A model generated the notes under the pieces. The model made no database searches. It saw only the letters and a list, made by a program, of their open reading frames with translations, and was not told the origin of the DNA. From the NCBI GenBank assembly GCA_036507075.1, contig DASXQR010000010.1:26485-90484 (forward strand): a stretch of 64,000 bases of DNA. Reading direction: 5' to 3'. Of this stretch, positions 55,659 to 64,000 are shown in pieces. Source of the DNA: Acidobacteriota bacterium (lineage in GTDB: Bacteria > Acidobacteriota > UBA6911 > JACQSX01). Numbering within the stretch: the stretch's first letter is position 1; each line of letters starts with the position of its first letter. Made by a program: the position numbers and the translations under genes.

Positions 55659-55760
55659 CACCAAAATTACGGCAGATATCTGCTGATAACATCCAAACGC
55701 CCAAAAAAGCCTAAGGATGCCCTACTTCGCTAAGGATCCTGCGGCGTAGGAAATGTCTGC
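55659..55760. repeat. Direct repeat copy 2 (see 55130-55228)
   Basis: Sequence similarity to copy 1. Confidence 0.55.
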
Positions 55761-55845
55761 TCGGCGGCAACTCGGGTGGCCATGTTAGACCGCCCTACGA
55801 GCGCTTTTCAAAGCTCAGTCACGCGACTTGAGTCATCACACCAAT

Positions 55846-56258
55846 AGTGCCGCGTGGCGTAAGCCCGCGTCCAGCGAATCGACCCGCCTTCTCCACGTCA
55901 GTGGTCGCGTGGCGTGAGCCTGCGGCGCGCGCATCGAGCGGCCTGAGGCTAAAGTGCGACACTAATGGATCAGAGATGACGGTCGTAAGAGCGCCGCGGG
56001 TTGAAGAACCTGTAAAAAAATTGGACGCCACCGGGCTTGTCCCGCTGGTGAACGCGATTCTTCACTAGGATACAAACCCCTACGGAGCTCCCGGAACACT
56101 GGCGAAGTATTTGTGGGCACGCGTTCTAGTGAAGAATCATACTCACCAGCGGGACGAGCCCGGAGGCGTCGATTTTTTCGCAGGTTCGACGTCACGTGGT
56201 ACTGACGGGGAGGAAGTGGGTCGATTCGCCACACGCGGGCTGACGCCACGCGGTACTG
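55846..56258. repeat. MITE-like element: ~70-bp terminal inverted repeats (AGTGCCGCGTGGCGTAAGCCCGCGT..GAATCGACCCGCCTTCTCCACGTCAGTGG.. and its reverse complement) flanking a ~260-bp core, with an internal GCGTGGCGT subrepeat
   Basis: 55846-55915 is ~80% identical to the reverse complement of 56175-56245. No ORF of significance lies inside. Confidence 0.5.
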
Positions 56259-56285
56259 CAAGAGGCAGAGCCGGCTCAGCGCCTG

Positions 56286-59200
56286 TCACCGTACGGTCGC
56301 TTCCGAGGGGCGCTTTGTTTCCTTCAGGCTGCTCAGGAATTCGAGCAGGTCGGCCAACTGCTGTTCCGTCATGGTGGAGACGAGATCTTCGGGCATTAGA
56401 GAGAGCTTGCTGCGGCGCCGCGATGTGATCTCGGACGGCTTGAACCGCAGGATTTCGTTTGCGTCCGTCCGCACAGCGACGCGCTGCGGCGTGTCTTCCA
56501 TGATGATCCCGATGACATCGCCTTGCGTTTTGGTTTCCAGTATCCACACGTAGTACTCCGGCGCGATGCCGGCGCTCGGATTTAGAATGGAGTCGAGCAG
56601 GGCGTCCTTGCCCAATTTGCTGCCGATTACCGACAGATCCGGACCAACCAGCCTCTTGCCTCCGATGCTGTGGCAGGAACTGCATTTCGGACCTGTGGCG
56701 GACAAAAAGACCCTGCGTCCCCTTTCCCGGTCGGCAGGACGCGAGAACAACGCCCACGAAGGCGGAAGCGGGGTTTTGCCTCTGGTAGTGGCAAGCGGCA
56801 ACAGCTTTTCCGCCCGCGACTTGATCGCAGGATTGCGGCTGGCGTTGGTGACCACGCTTGCCGCGCGTTTCAACTCCGGCGGTAATTGGCCGTTCTGTTC
56901 CAGGTTCAGCAGCAGGGTCATTCCCTGTTCGGATCGACCCAGCACCTTTACCGCTTCAGTGCGGATCTCGTTGGGCGCGTCGCTGCGAATCAGGCGTCCA
57001 AAACGCGTCTCCAGATCTTTGGGCCGGGAAAAACCGATGGCACGTATCGCCGCCAGCCTGATGGGCATCGGTCCGGTATGGGAAAAGCGCTCCAATTCCG
57101 GCAGATAAACGGGGTCGCGCGTCTTCCCCAACGCGTGAATCGCGGTGATGCGGACTTCATCGGCGGTGGACGCGGCCTGGATAATGGCGATCAGCTCCGG
57201 TCCGTAAGATGTATCCTCCATGTCATCGGCCAGTTCCAGGGCGCGGGCCTGCAACTCCGGAGTGTGCAAGGCTTTTTTAATTACCGCTGCGGTGGCGGGA
57301 TGCTTGCGAAGCGGAATCCACAGGCTGAAAAGCTGGCGGGAAAAAACGTCGAAGGCATGCTGCGACAACTCGGGCGGGTTCCCTTCGATGTTGAGAAATT
57401 CGGCGACCGCCTTTCCCGCTTCGACATCGGGCATCACGGCCAGCGCGTCGAGCGCCTCTGTCCTTTGGGCGATGGAGAGCTCGGGACTCTGGAAGCTGGC
57501 AATCAGGTAAGGCACGGCATCGGAGGGCCTGAATTCCCAGATAAAGCGAGCCAGCGTGGAATCCCACTTTCCCGGATACAGATCTCGCAGCCGGCCATAC
57601 AGCAGATTCTCTTTGCCGCGCGCGCTGATTCCCAAAGCTTCAAGGTACCAGCGGTCCTTTCCGTCATACCGCCGACAGAGCTCAATTAAGGGACCGACAG
57701 CCATCTGAGGTTCCGCGTGCTGCAAAGCGATGGCGACCTCACGGCGAACCTGGGGCGAAGGATCCTTCGCAAGGGAACTGATCAGCCGGTTCGCGTCATT
57801 CTCTTTGCAGGCGCGCAGTATCCGGGTCGCCAGGATGCGAAAATCAGGATCCGGATCCTGCAACGTCTCCAGCACCTTCTTTTCTCCTTCACCGGGAATC
57901 CCACCCAGCAACCAGAGAGCGCGAGCCCTGAGAATTCTGTCTCCGCTTCCCAGCATGGATTGAAGCATGCCTGCGGCGGCCGGGCCCCGCTTTTTGAATT
58001 CCATGTAGGCGAGATAACGAACCGACTGCGCCGGAGAGCTCAACGCGGCCGCCAATCCTTCACTCGACTTGAGATCGACCACGGGATTGCGGCTTCTGAA
58101 GCCTGCGGGGGCGAGCCTGTAAATCCTACCCTGGCTGATGTCCACCATCTGATGGCCGCCTACACCCGGATCGTACCAATCGCTGATATAGACGGCGCCA
58201 TCCGGTCCGACGCAAACATCCGAAGGACGGAACCATGTGTCCTGGGACTCTACGGTGTTTTCGATGTCAATCGCGTACCCTGCTCCGTCCCGGGAAAGGG
58301 AATAAGTATTGATCAGCCGCTTCCCTGCTTCGGCGTGAATCAGCTGGCCCCGGTGCTTCTCCGGCAGAAGCCTTCCTTCGTAAACCAGGAGACCGCAGGG
58401 AGCGCCCGCGCCGGTTCTCTTGATATTGGGAACAACTCCGGGATTCTCAGAATGAAAATGAGTTCCCTTGTCTTCCCGCCAGCTCCTGCCGCCGGGTCCC
58501 CAGTAACCAAAATTTCCGCCTTCCATCACGTAATTCACCCGCACCCAGGCGTTCCCATCGTCGTCATTGTCGGTCTGCCAGATATTGCCGAATGAATCCA
58601 GTGCCAGCTCATAAGGATTGCGGAAGTTATGCGCCAGGACAGTGAGCCCCGTGCCGTCCGGGTTCACTCTTAAAGCACAACCGGCAAAGTACGGACCTGA
58701 TTTGGAACTGACCAAGCGGGTTCCGGACCGGTCTGTGATGTCAAACCCCTGGTCTCCGTTGTTCAGGTAGTAACGTCCGTCATGACCAAACACTACGGCA
58801 TGCACGCCATGGTCGTGATCGATTCCGCGCCACCCGGTCAGCAATACCTCTTTCTTTACAATGTTGTCCTGATCGTCCTTGGTAAAGATGATCAGGTCCG
58901 GTGATTGTGAAACGATTACCTGGTTACCGAGAACGGCGATGCCCAACGGCGAGCGAAGACTGGGATCCTGGGCGAAAACTTTGGTCTTATCCGCTTTTCC
59001 GTCACCGTCGGTGTCTTCCAATATCAGGATGCGATCACCCTTGGCGCGATAGTCCGGCTTGCCAAAAAGAGTGCGCCGATAATTGACAGCCTCCAGGACC
59101 CAGATTCTGCCGCGCGCATCAACATCAATGTTTGTGGGATTGACCATGCTCGGCTCGGAAGCCCACAGCGTGATTTCCAGGCCATCGGCAGTCTTCAATC

Positions 59201-59303
59201 CGGCAAGGGTCTGCTGCGGCGACTTCTGAGGAAGCAGGACTGCGGTGAGCGAGATGGAAAAACAAAGGAAAAGGATGAATGGATAAGTGGAAGGTCTTTG
59301 CAT
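56286..59303 (-). CDS. PVC-type 'putative membrane-bound dehydrogenase' domain protein with HEAT repeats and a C-terminal cytochrome c domain (Pirellula/Verrucomicrobium-type heme-binding domain)
   Basis: Signal peptide. The N-terminal beta-propeller-like dehydrogenase domain (..GLEITLWASEP..NPTNIDVDARGRIWV..) is characteristic of the TIGR02604-like family. A central HEAT region follows. The C-terminal CSSCH heme-binding motif (..GPKCSSCHSIGGK..) is followed by ..SLMPEDL.. Start trimmed to Met53 (MQRPSTYP). Confidence 0.85.
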   Translation of the reverse strand: MQRPSTYPFILFLCFSISLTAVLLPQKSPQQTLAGLKTADGLEITLWASEPSMVNPTNIDVDARGRIWVLEAVNYRRTLFGKPDYRAKGDRILILEDTDGDGKADKTKVFAQDPSLRSPLGIAVLGNQVIVSQSPDLIIFTKDDQDNIVKKEVLLTGWRGIDHDHGVHAVVFGHDGRYYLNNGDQGFDITDRSGTRLVSSKSGPYFAGCALRVNPDGTGLTVLAHNFRNPYELALDSFGNIWQTDNDDDGNAWVRVNYVMEGGNFGYWGPGGRSWREDKGTHFHSENPGVVPNIKRTGAGAPCGLLVYEGRLLPEKHRGQLIHAEAGKRLINTYSLSRDGAGYAIDIENTVESQDTWFRPSDVCVGPDGAVYISDWYDPGVGGHQMVDISQGRIYRLAPAGFRSRNPVVDLKSSEGLAAALSSPAQSVRYLAYMEFKKRGPAAAGMLQSMLGSGDRILRARALWLLGGIPGEGEKKVLETLQDPDPDFRILATRILRACKENDANRLISSLAKDPSPQVRREVAIALQHAEPQMAVGPLIELCRRYDGKDRWYLEALGISARGKENLLYGRLRDLYPGKWDSTLARFIWEFRPSDAVPYLIASFQSPELSIAQRTEALDALAVMPDVEAGKAVAEFLNIEGNPPELSQHAFDVFSRQLFSLWIPLRKHPATAAVIKKALHTPELQARALELADDMEDTSYGPELIAIIQAASTADEVRITAIHALGKTRDPVYLPELERFSHTGPMPIRLAAIRAIGFSRPKDLETRFGRLIRSDAPNEIRTEAVKVLGRSEQGMTLLLNLEQNGQLPPELKRAASVVTNASRNPAIKSRAEKLLPLATTRGKTPLPPSWALFSRPADRERGRRVFLSATGPKCSSCHSIGGKRLVGPDLSVIGSKLGKDALLDSILNPSAGIAPEYYVWILETKTQGDVIGIIMEDTPQRVAVRTDANEILRFKPSEITSRRRSKLSLMPEDLVSTMTEQQLADLLEFLSSLKETKRPSEATVR

Positions 59304-59356
59304 TTGGTTGTTGTGTTTGCCGGTAGAGCATAACAAAAGAAAATGTGGAAAGTCAC

Positions 59357-59460
59357 ATTGCTTCACCGCAGAGGCGCAGAGAACGCAGAGGTTGCGCAGA
59401 GACATGCAAGCGAAACACTGCGCATTCTCTGCGTCCTCTGCGCCTCTGCGGTGAAGCAAT
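59357..59460. promoter_or_regulatory. ~100-bp hairpin (arms TTGCTTCACCGCAGAGGCGCAGAG / CTCTGCGCCTCTGCGGTGAAGCAA with nested GCAGAG/CTCTGC sub-repeats) between the response-regulator gene and the dehydrogenase gene. Terminator/operator candidate.
   Basis: 24-bp perfect inverted arms separated by ~50 bp that itself contains inverted copies of GCGCAGAG. Confidence 0.4.
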
Positions 59461-59623
59461 GCAGGCGCCAGACAAAACTTTGTTAAAAAAGCGAGAAGTT
59501 GTCAACAGGTTACAGAGAGGACACAGAGTTTTGTCCGTTGTCTGTGGTCAGTGGTTCTTGCATGCTAGTCGTCAGGAGCGACAACTGACAACGGGCCACG
59601 GACAACGAACAAAACGCTTTCGT

Positions 59624-60088
59624 TTACGCCACGGCAGTGGGATCGTTTCTTTTCAGGAAGGGATCAAAGGACAGAAGATATTCCAGCTCTTTCACCTGTT
59701 CCGACAGACGCTGCTGCAATTCAACCACGCGCTCGCCCACCCTCACCCGGGCCAATAACTCCTCGCGATCGAAGGGCTTTGTGATGTAATCATCTGCTCC
59801 GGCCTGCAAGCCGGTGATGATATTTTCCTTTCCGGTCTTGGTAGTCAGCAGAAGAAGGTACGTCGGACTCTTTTTGTTATGTTCACGTACATACCGGCAA
59901 ATCTCAACGCCGCTGAATTCCGGCATGTCCCAATCAAGAATGGCAAGCGGCGCCGGGTCATCTCTCTGGAGAGCCTCCATGGCCTCCCTGCCATTGCAGG
60001 CGATCTCGACCTGGTATCCTCGTTTTACCAGTGTTGTCTCGAGAAGGCGGCGTGAAACCAAATCATCTTCAGCAATTAAGATTCTCAA
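59624..60088 (-). CDS. Stand-alone response regulator receiver protein (CheY-like)
   Basis: MRILIAEDD (D-D), ..LAILDWDMP.. (phospho-acceptor D), ..LLLTTK.. (T), ..ADDYITKPF.. (K). Confidence 0.85.
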   Translation of the reverse strand: MRILIAEDDLVSRRLLETTLVKRGYQVEIACNGREAMEALQRDDPAPLAILDWDMPEFSGVEICRYVREHNKKSPTYLLLLTTKTGKENIITGLQAGADDYITKPFDREELLARVRVGERVVELQQRLSEQVKELEYLLSFDPFLKRNDPTAVA

Positions 60089-62850
60089 ACTACACCTTCC
60101 TGTATGAAAGCGCTCAGCTCGGGTTTGAGCCGCGCTATTTCAGCTTCCAGTCCCTGGCAGGCTTCATGTATACGCGCCAGGTCCTGCCCGAAAGCCATCT
60201 TCTCGAGCACGAGCGCCGCGTTAAACGCCGCGTCGGCTGAGAAATTTCCCACCGAACCCTTTAGTTTGTGCGCGGCGCGTTCCAGCGACTGCACATCGCG
60301 CCTGCTGATCGCCTCACGGATGTCAGACAACAGCCTCGGGCAATCCTCAAAGAACAAACCGACCACTTCCTTCATCAGCGCCATGTCTCCCTCGAATCGA
60401 TCCAGCGCAGCGGTTGGGTTGAAGGCAGCAATTTGTGCCATTACCTGGCGCGGACGCGCTCCGGATTCAGCGGCAGATGCTGCATTTGTCGTCAGCTTGT
60501 CGATGGCGGCAAAGAAGGCTTTTGTCTGGATCGGCTTGGCTAAATAATCATCCATTCCCGCTTCAAGGCACCTCTCGCGATCGCCCTTCATGGCATGGGC
60601 CGTCATTGCCACGATCGGCACATGCGCGCCGGTTGCCGCCTCTCTCCTTCTGATTTCCGCCGTGGCTTCGAACCCTCCCATTTCGGGCATCTGCACATCC
60701 ATCAGCACCAGATCAAAAGCCTCTCTGGCAAGCGCTGCCAGCGCTTCGCGGCCGTTGTTTGCCACCACCACGCTATAGGCCCGCTTGTGAAGCAGGCCCA
60801 GCACCAGTTTTTGATTAACCTCGTTATCCTCGGCAAGAAGGATGTGAAGGCTGCGCCGGTTCTCGCGCAGCGTATGACGAGTAACCAGTGCCTGCTCGCC
60901 CTGCAGGGTTTCGGCTTTGTTGATCACGGTCATGATGGCGTCAAACAGATCCATTTGCCTGAAAGGCTTGGTCAGGTAAGCCGAAATGCCAAGCTCGCGG
61001 CAGCGCGACGCGTCGCCATGCTGGCCGACTGAGGACAGCATCATGATGGTCGGGCCTGTAAGCTCGGGTTGAGTTCGAATCTTCTCTGCCAATGCGAACC
61101 CATCCATGCCGGGCATGTGGGCGTCGACAAGAACCAGGTCATAGAGCTTGCCCGAGCGACGGGCCTCCTGCAGCACAGCAATGGCGGCCGGGCCTCCATC
61201 AGCCAAGTCGGGAACCATCTGCCAGTTCATGAGTGACTCCTGCAGCACGCGGCGATTGGTTTCATTGTCGTCAACCACCAGCACCCGCAGGCCTTTGAGA
61301 TTAACCGGTTGCGTGCGGGGTGGAGCCGCTGCATTCTGCTTTGGTAACCCAAAACGGGCAGTGAAATGGAAGGTGCTGCCCTTTCCCGGTTCGCTTTCCA
61401 GCCAGATGGCGCCTCCCATCATCTCCACCAGACGCGCGGAAATCGTCAATCCCAAGCCGGTCCCGCCGTACTTGCGCGTGGTGGAGCCATCCACCTGTGT
61501 AAATGCTTCGAAAATGGCAACCTGCTTTTCGGGCGGTATTCCAATTCCTGTGTCGCTGACATCGAAACGAAGAACCACCTCATTCTTCGCGCGGGACTCC
61601 TCTGTTACGCGAAGAGCCACTTCGCCTCGCTCGGTAAACTTGATGGCGTTGCCTACCAGGTTCACGATCACCTGGCGCAGGCGCCCGGGATCCGCGCTTA
61701 GCATTTCCGGTATCTCGGAAGGAACCTCATAGATCAGTTCCAGACCCTTCTGATGCGCGCGCAAAGAGAGAACTTTCATGGCATCATGAAGACCATCGCG
61801 CAGGTTGAAGTCCAGCGGATCCAGGTCGAGCCGGCCCGCCTCAATCTTCGAAAAGTCCAGGATATCGTCCACCAAAGCAAGCAGGGCGTCCGCCGACGCT
61901 TTCACCAGACCGAGGTATTCTCGCTGTTCGGACTTCAATTCTGTGTCGAGCGTCAGTTCCGTCATGCCCAGAATTCCATTCATGGGCGTGCGAATTTCGT
62001 GGCTCATGTTCGCCAGAAATTCACTCTTGGCGCGGCTCGCTTCCTCGGCCCTGTCTTTGGCCGCGATTAATTGCGCGTTGACTGTGAGCACTTCCGCCGT
62101 GCGGGCAGCCACCTGCTCTTCCAAATGGTTCCGGTGTTGTTGTAATTCTTCGTCCCTGTTCTGGATTTGTTCGAGCATCCCGTTGAAGCCGTCAATCAGC
62201 AAACCGACTTCATCTTCGCTTCGCTTGGGCACTCGAATGGAGTAATTCTTTTCCGCGGAGACGCTGCGGGCGGTCCTGGCCAGCTCCAGAATCGGCTCGG
62301 AGATCACCTTCTGCAATCGGGAAGACATCACGAAAGCCACAAACGAAGATGACAGCATGAACAAAAGCACGATCCCCGCGTAGCGGATCAGACGCTCGTG
62401 AAACTCGCCCAGGTCGGACTCGATGTACACGGTCCCGATTATGTTGCGGTTGACCGGGATAGTGCGAAAGAGAGCCAGCCGGTTTGAGCCGAAATAACTG
62501 CCGTCCTTCAATGGCAGCGACGGGGTGAAGTCTGCCTTCGCGTCGCTCTTTACGTATTTGGCAAAGGGCTCGCCTTCCCGCGTGTAGATACACGCCGATA
62601 TGACGTGTTCTTTCGCTTCCAGTGACTGGAGCAGATCCTGGGCAGAACGCGATTCATTGAATGTAAGTGCCGAGGCGCAGTTGGTGCCTATGATCTCGGC
62701 CAGGATCGATAGATCGCGCACCATTGACTGGCGGAAAGTGACCGCGTCGTAAACAACAAAGGCCGCGCATGCCAGCAGCAGCGCCACACTGCTTGTCAGC
62801 ATGATGATGTTTCTGAGCTTTTTCTTGATGGAAAGATCCTGGAATTTCAT
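60085..62850 (-). CDS. Hybrid sensor histidine kinase/response regulator: TM sensor, HAMP, HisKA, HATPase_c, two receiver domains, C-terminal HPt
   Basis: H-box ..[15 protein letters not shown].. N/G boxes ..VGNAIKFT.. / ..DTGIGI.. / ..GGTGLGL.. Two receiver domains (..[23 protein letters not shown].. and ..[24 protein letters not shown]..). HPt ..HKLKGS.. is at the C-terminus. It overlaps the downstream RR by 4 nt. Confidence 0.9.
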   Translation of the reverse strand: MKFQDLSIKKKLRNIIMLTSSVALLLACAAFVVYDAVTFRQSMVRDLSILAEIIGTNCASALTFNESRSAQDLLQSLEAKEHVISACIYTREGEPFAKYVKSDAKADFTPSLPLKDGSYFGSNRLALFRTIPVNRNIIGTVYIESDLGEFHERLIRYAGIVLLFMLSSSFVAFVMSSRLQKVISEPILELARTARSVSAEKNYSIRVPKRSEDEVGLLIDGFNGMLEQIQNRDEELQQHRNHLEEQVAARTAEVLTVNAQLIAAKDRAEEASRAKSEFLANMSHEIRTPMNGILGMTELTLDTELKSEQREYLGLVKASADALLALVDDILDFSKIEAGRLDLDPLDFNLRDGLHDAMKVLSLRAHQKGLELIYEVPSEIPEMLSADPGRLRQVIVNLVGNAIKFTERGEVALRVTEESRAKNEVVLRFDVSDTGIGIPPEKQVAIFEAFTQVDGSTTRKYGGTGLGLTISARLVEMMGGAIWLESEPGKGSTFHFTARFGLPKQNAAAPPRTQPVNLKGLRVLVVDDNETNRRVLQESLMNWQMVPDLADGGPAAIAVLQEARRSGKLYDLVLVDAHMPGMDGFALAEKIRTQPELTGPTIMMLSSVGQHGDASRCRELGISAYLTKPFRQMDLFDAIMTVINKAETLQGEQALVTRHTLRENRRSLHILLAEDNEVNQKLVLGLLHKRAYSVVVANNGREALAALAREAFDLVLMDVQMPEMGGFEATAEIRRREAATGAHVPIVAMTAHAMKGDRERCLEAGMDDYLAKPIQTKAFFAAIDKLTTNAASAAESGARPRQVMAQIAAFNPTAALDRFEGDMALMKEVVGLFFEDCPRLLSDIREAISRRDVQSLERAAHKLKGSVGNFSADAAFNAALVLEKMAFGQDLARIHEACQGLEAEIARLKPELSAFIQEGVV

Positions 62851-63327
62851 CTCAGCGTTTCATCGAAACGAGTGGACCTGCAAACAAATATCCGGCCTTT
62901 TTCATCAGCCTTCCCCGTCCGGTCATCTCCTCAATTGCGAAAATCAATTTTCAGTTCCCCGAGTGTCCTGAGAATATTACGGTATGGATGGGATCTTCAG
63001 GAGTGCTATCAGTCACCAAACTTGACTGTAAATAACTGAATAATAAGTAGATTGAGTCATATTATTGACGGTGAACCGTCACAATCTTGACAGAAGGCTG
63101 ACCCCGCCAGAAAATCCAGATTATTCACAAACTGATTGCCACGAAGACACGAAAACACAAAGGGTCATCATTTAACCCGAAGTGGCACTTCTGAATTAAT
63201 CTCTTTGGCTGTTGCCAGAGTATTACTTCTAATTGAAGGTTAAGAACTTCGTGTCTTTGTGGCAAGTCATGTTTGTGGATAAGTCCAAGAAAAAACGGCG
63301 GGCTCCTCTTAACTTTGGATGAACAGA

Positions 63328-64000
63328 TCAGCCGAGGCCGACTTTTTCTCTTACCGCGACGAGAGTTTCTTCGGCCACAGGCCGAACTCGATCGGCACCC
63401 TGCTTGAGGAGTGAATCGATGTGGCCCGGATCGGACTTAAGTTGCAGGTAGCGCGTCTGTAATGGTCTTAAACCTTCGATCACCGCGTCGGCAAGCTCTC
63501 TCTTCAAGTCGGCGTATCCTTTGCCTTCGAATTGAGCTTCGATTCCCGCTCGTTCCTTACCGGTGAAAAGCTCGTAAATCGTAAGCAGGTTAAAGATCTC
63601 GGGACGGTGTTTGTCGAACCGGATTTCGCGGCCTGAGTCGGTGGTGGCGCTCATTACCGACGCGCGGATATCCTCGGGCGAATCCAGCAGGTCGATAGCA
63701 TGCCCCACCCGTCGCTCGCTCTTGCTCATCTTCTTGGAAGCGTTGTCCAATCCCATGATCCGGGCCCCTTTAACCGGGATTGAGGGTTCGGGCACTTTGA
63801 AGGTCTGTCCGTAAATAGAATTGAAACGCTGCGCCACCTCCCGCGTCAACTCCAGATGCTGCTTCTGGTCCTCGCCCACTGGAACCTCGTCGGTTTTGTA
63901 AAGGAGTATGTCGGCGGCCATCAGCGATGGATAATCGAAAAGACCCACGTTGACCTGGTCTCTTCGGTTTTGCGACTTCTCCTTGAACTGCGTCATGCGC
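63328..64000 (-). CDS. trpS: Tryptophan--tRNA ligase (C-terminal part; the N-terminus lies beyond the window end)
   Basis: ..LMAADILLYKTDEVPVGEDQKQHLELTREVAQRFN.. and ..KMSKSE.. (KMSKS motif) are class-I TrpRS signatures. The ORF is open at the window edge. Confidence 0.9.
   Translation of the reverse strand, partial: RMTQFKEKSQNRRDQVNVGLFDYPSLMAADILLYKTDEVPVGEDQKQHLELTREVAQRFNSIYGQTFKVPEPSIPVKGARIMGLDNASKKMSKSERRVGHAIDLLDSPEDIRASVMSATTDSGREIRFDKHRPEIFNLLTIYELFTGKERAGIEAQFEGKGYADLKRELADAVIEGLRPLQTRYLQLKSDPGHIDSLLKQGADRVRPVAEETLVAVREKVGLG

Noticed and set aside
1-64000. tRNA, rRNA, tmRNA or CRISPR-cas loci
   Set aside because: No cloverleaf-compatible T-loop or anticodon-arm patterns, no rRNA-like conserved blocks, and no cas-like genes were seen. 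None is reported.

Overview
High-GC (~58-60%) bacterial chromosomal segment. The gene content (PVC-type membrane-bound dehydrogenase/cytochrome c, many TPR/HEAT proteins, abundant palindromic repeats) looks like Acidobacteriota or a related soil phylum, but this is a guess.

Coordinates 1-8254 form a degenerate chromosomal integron. At 8039-8254 (+) sits a 71-aa intI pseudogene: the N-terminus of an integron integrase fused in frame to its C-terminus, with ~250 codons deleted. Adjacent is an attI-like region. A divergently oriented array of about 11 gene cassettes (coding strand = minus) is separated by attC-like imperfect palindromes with GCCTAAC ... GTTAGGC ends.

The cassettes carry two ParE/RelE-antitoxin pairs and a DUF4160/DUF2442 pair. 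They also carry a DUF6429 protein, a zinc-ribbon plus membrane-protein pair, an Mrr-like nuclease fragment, and a frameshifted alpha/beta hydrolase. IS91-family and IS110-family transposase remnants lie inside the array.

Downstream are housekeeping genes (glyA, a DinG-family helicase, nadK, a deoxyhypusine-synthase-like gene, trpS).

There is a metal-uptake locus: an outer-membrane protein, a ZnuA/TroA-type binding protein, and a ZnuB-type permease fused to HEAT repeats. It is interrupted by a ~500-bp inverted microsatellite and has no ATPase gene.

A phospholipid cluster contains plsC, cdsA, a CDP-alcohol phosphatidyltransferase, an LplT-PlsC-Aas triple fusion, a membrane dual-specificity phosphatase resembling PTPMT1, and a hydrolase-methyltransferase fusion.

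The window also holds two low-GC islands of secreted proteins (an S8 protease; a BNR/sialidase-like protein), a lactate permease with a duplicated 5' fragment, and a PVC-type dehydrogenase/cytochrome c with an adjacent hybrid two-component phosphorelay. Several families of palindromic or MITE-like repeats and inverted microsatellite hairpins are scattered throughout.

No tRNA, rRNA or CRISPR was found.
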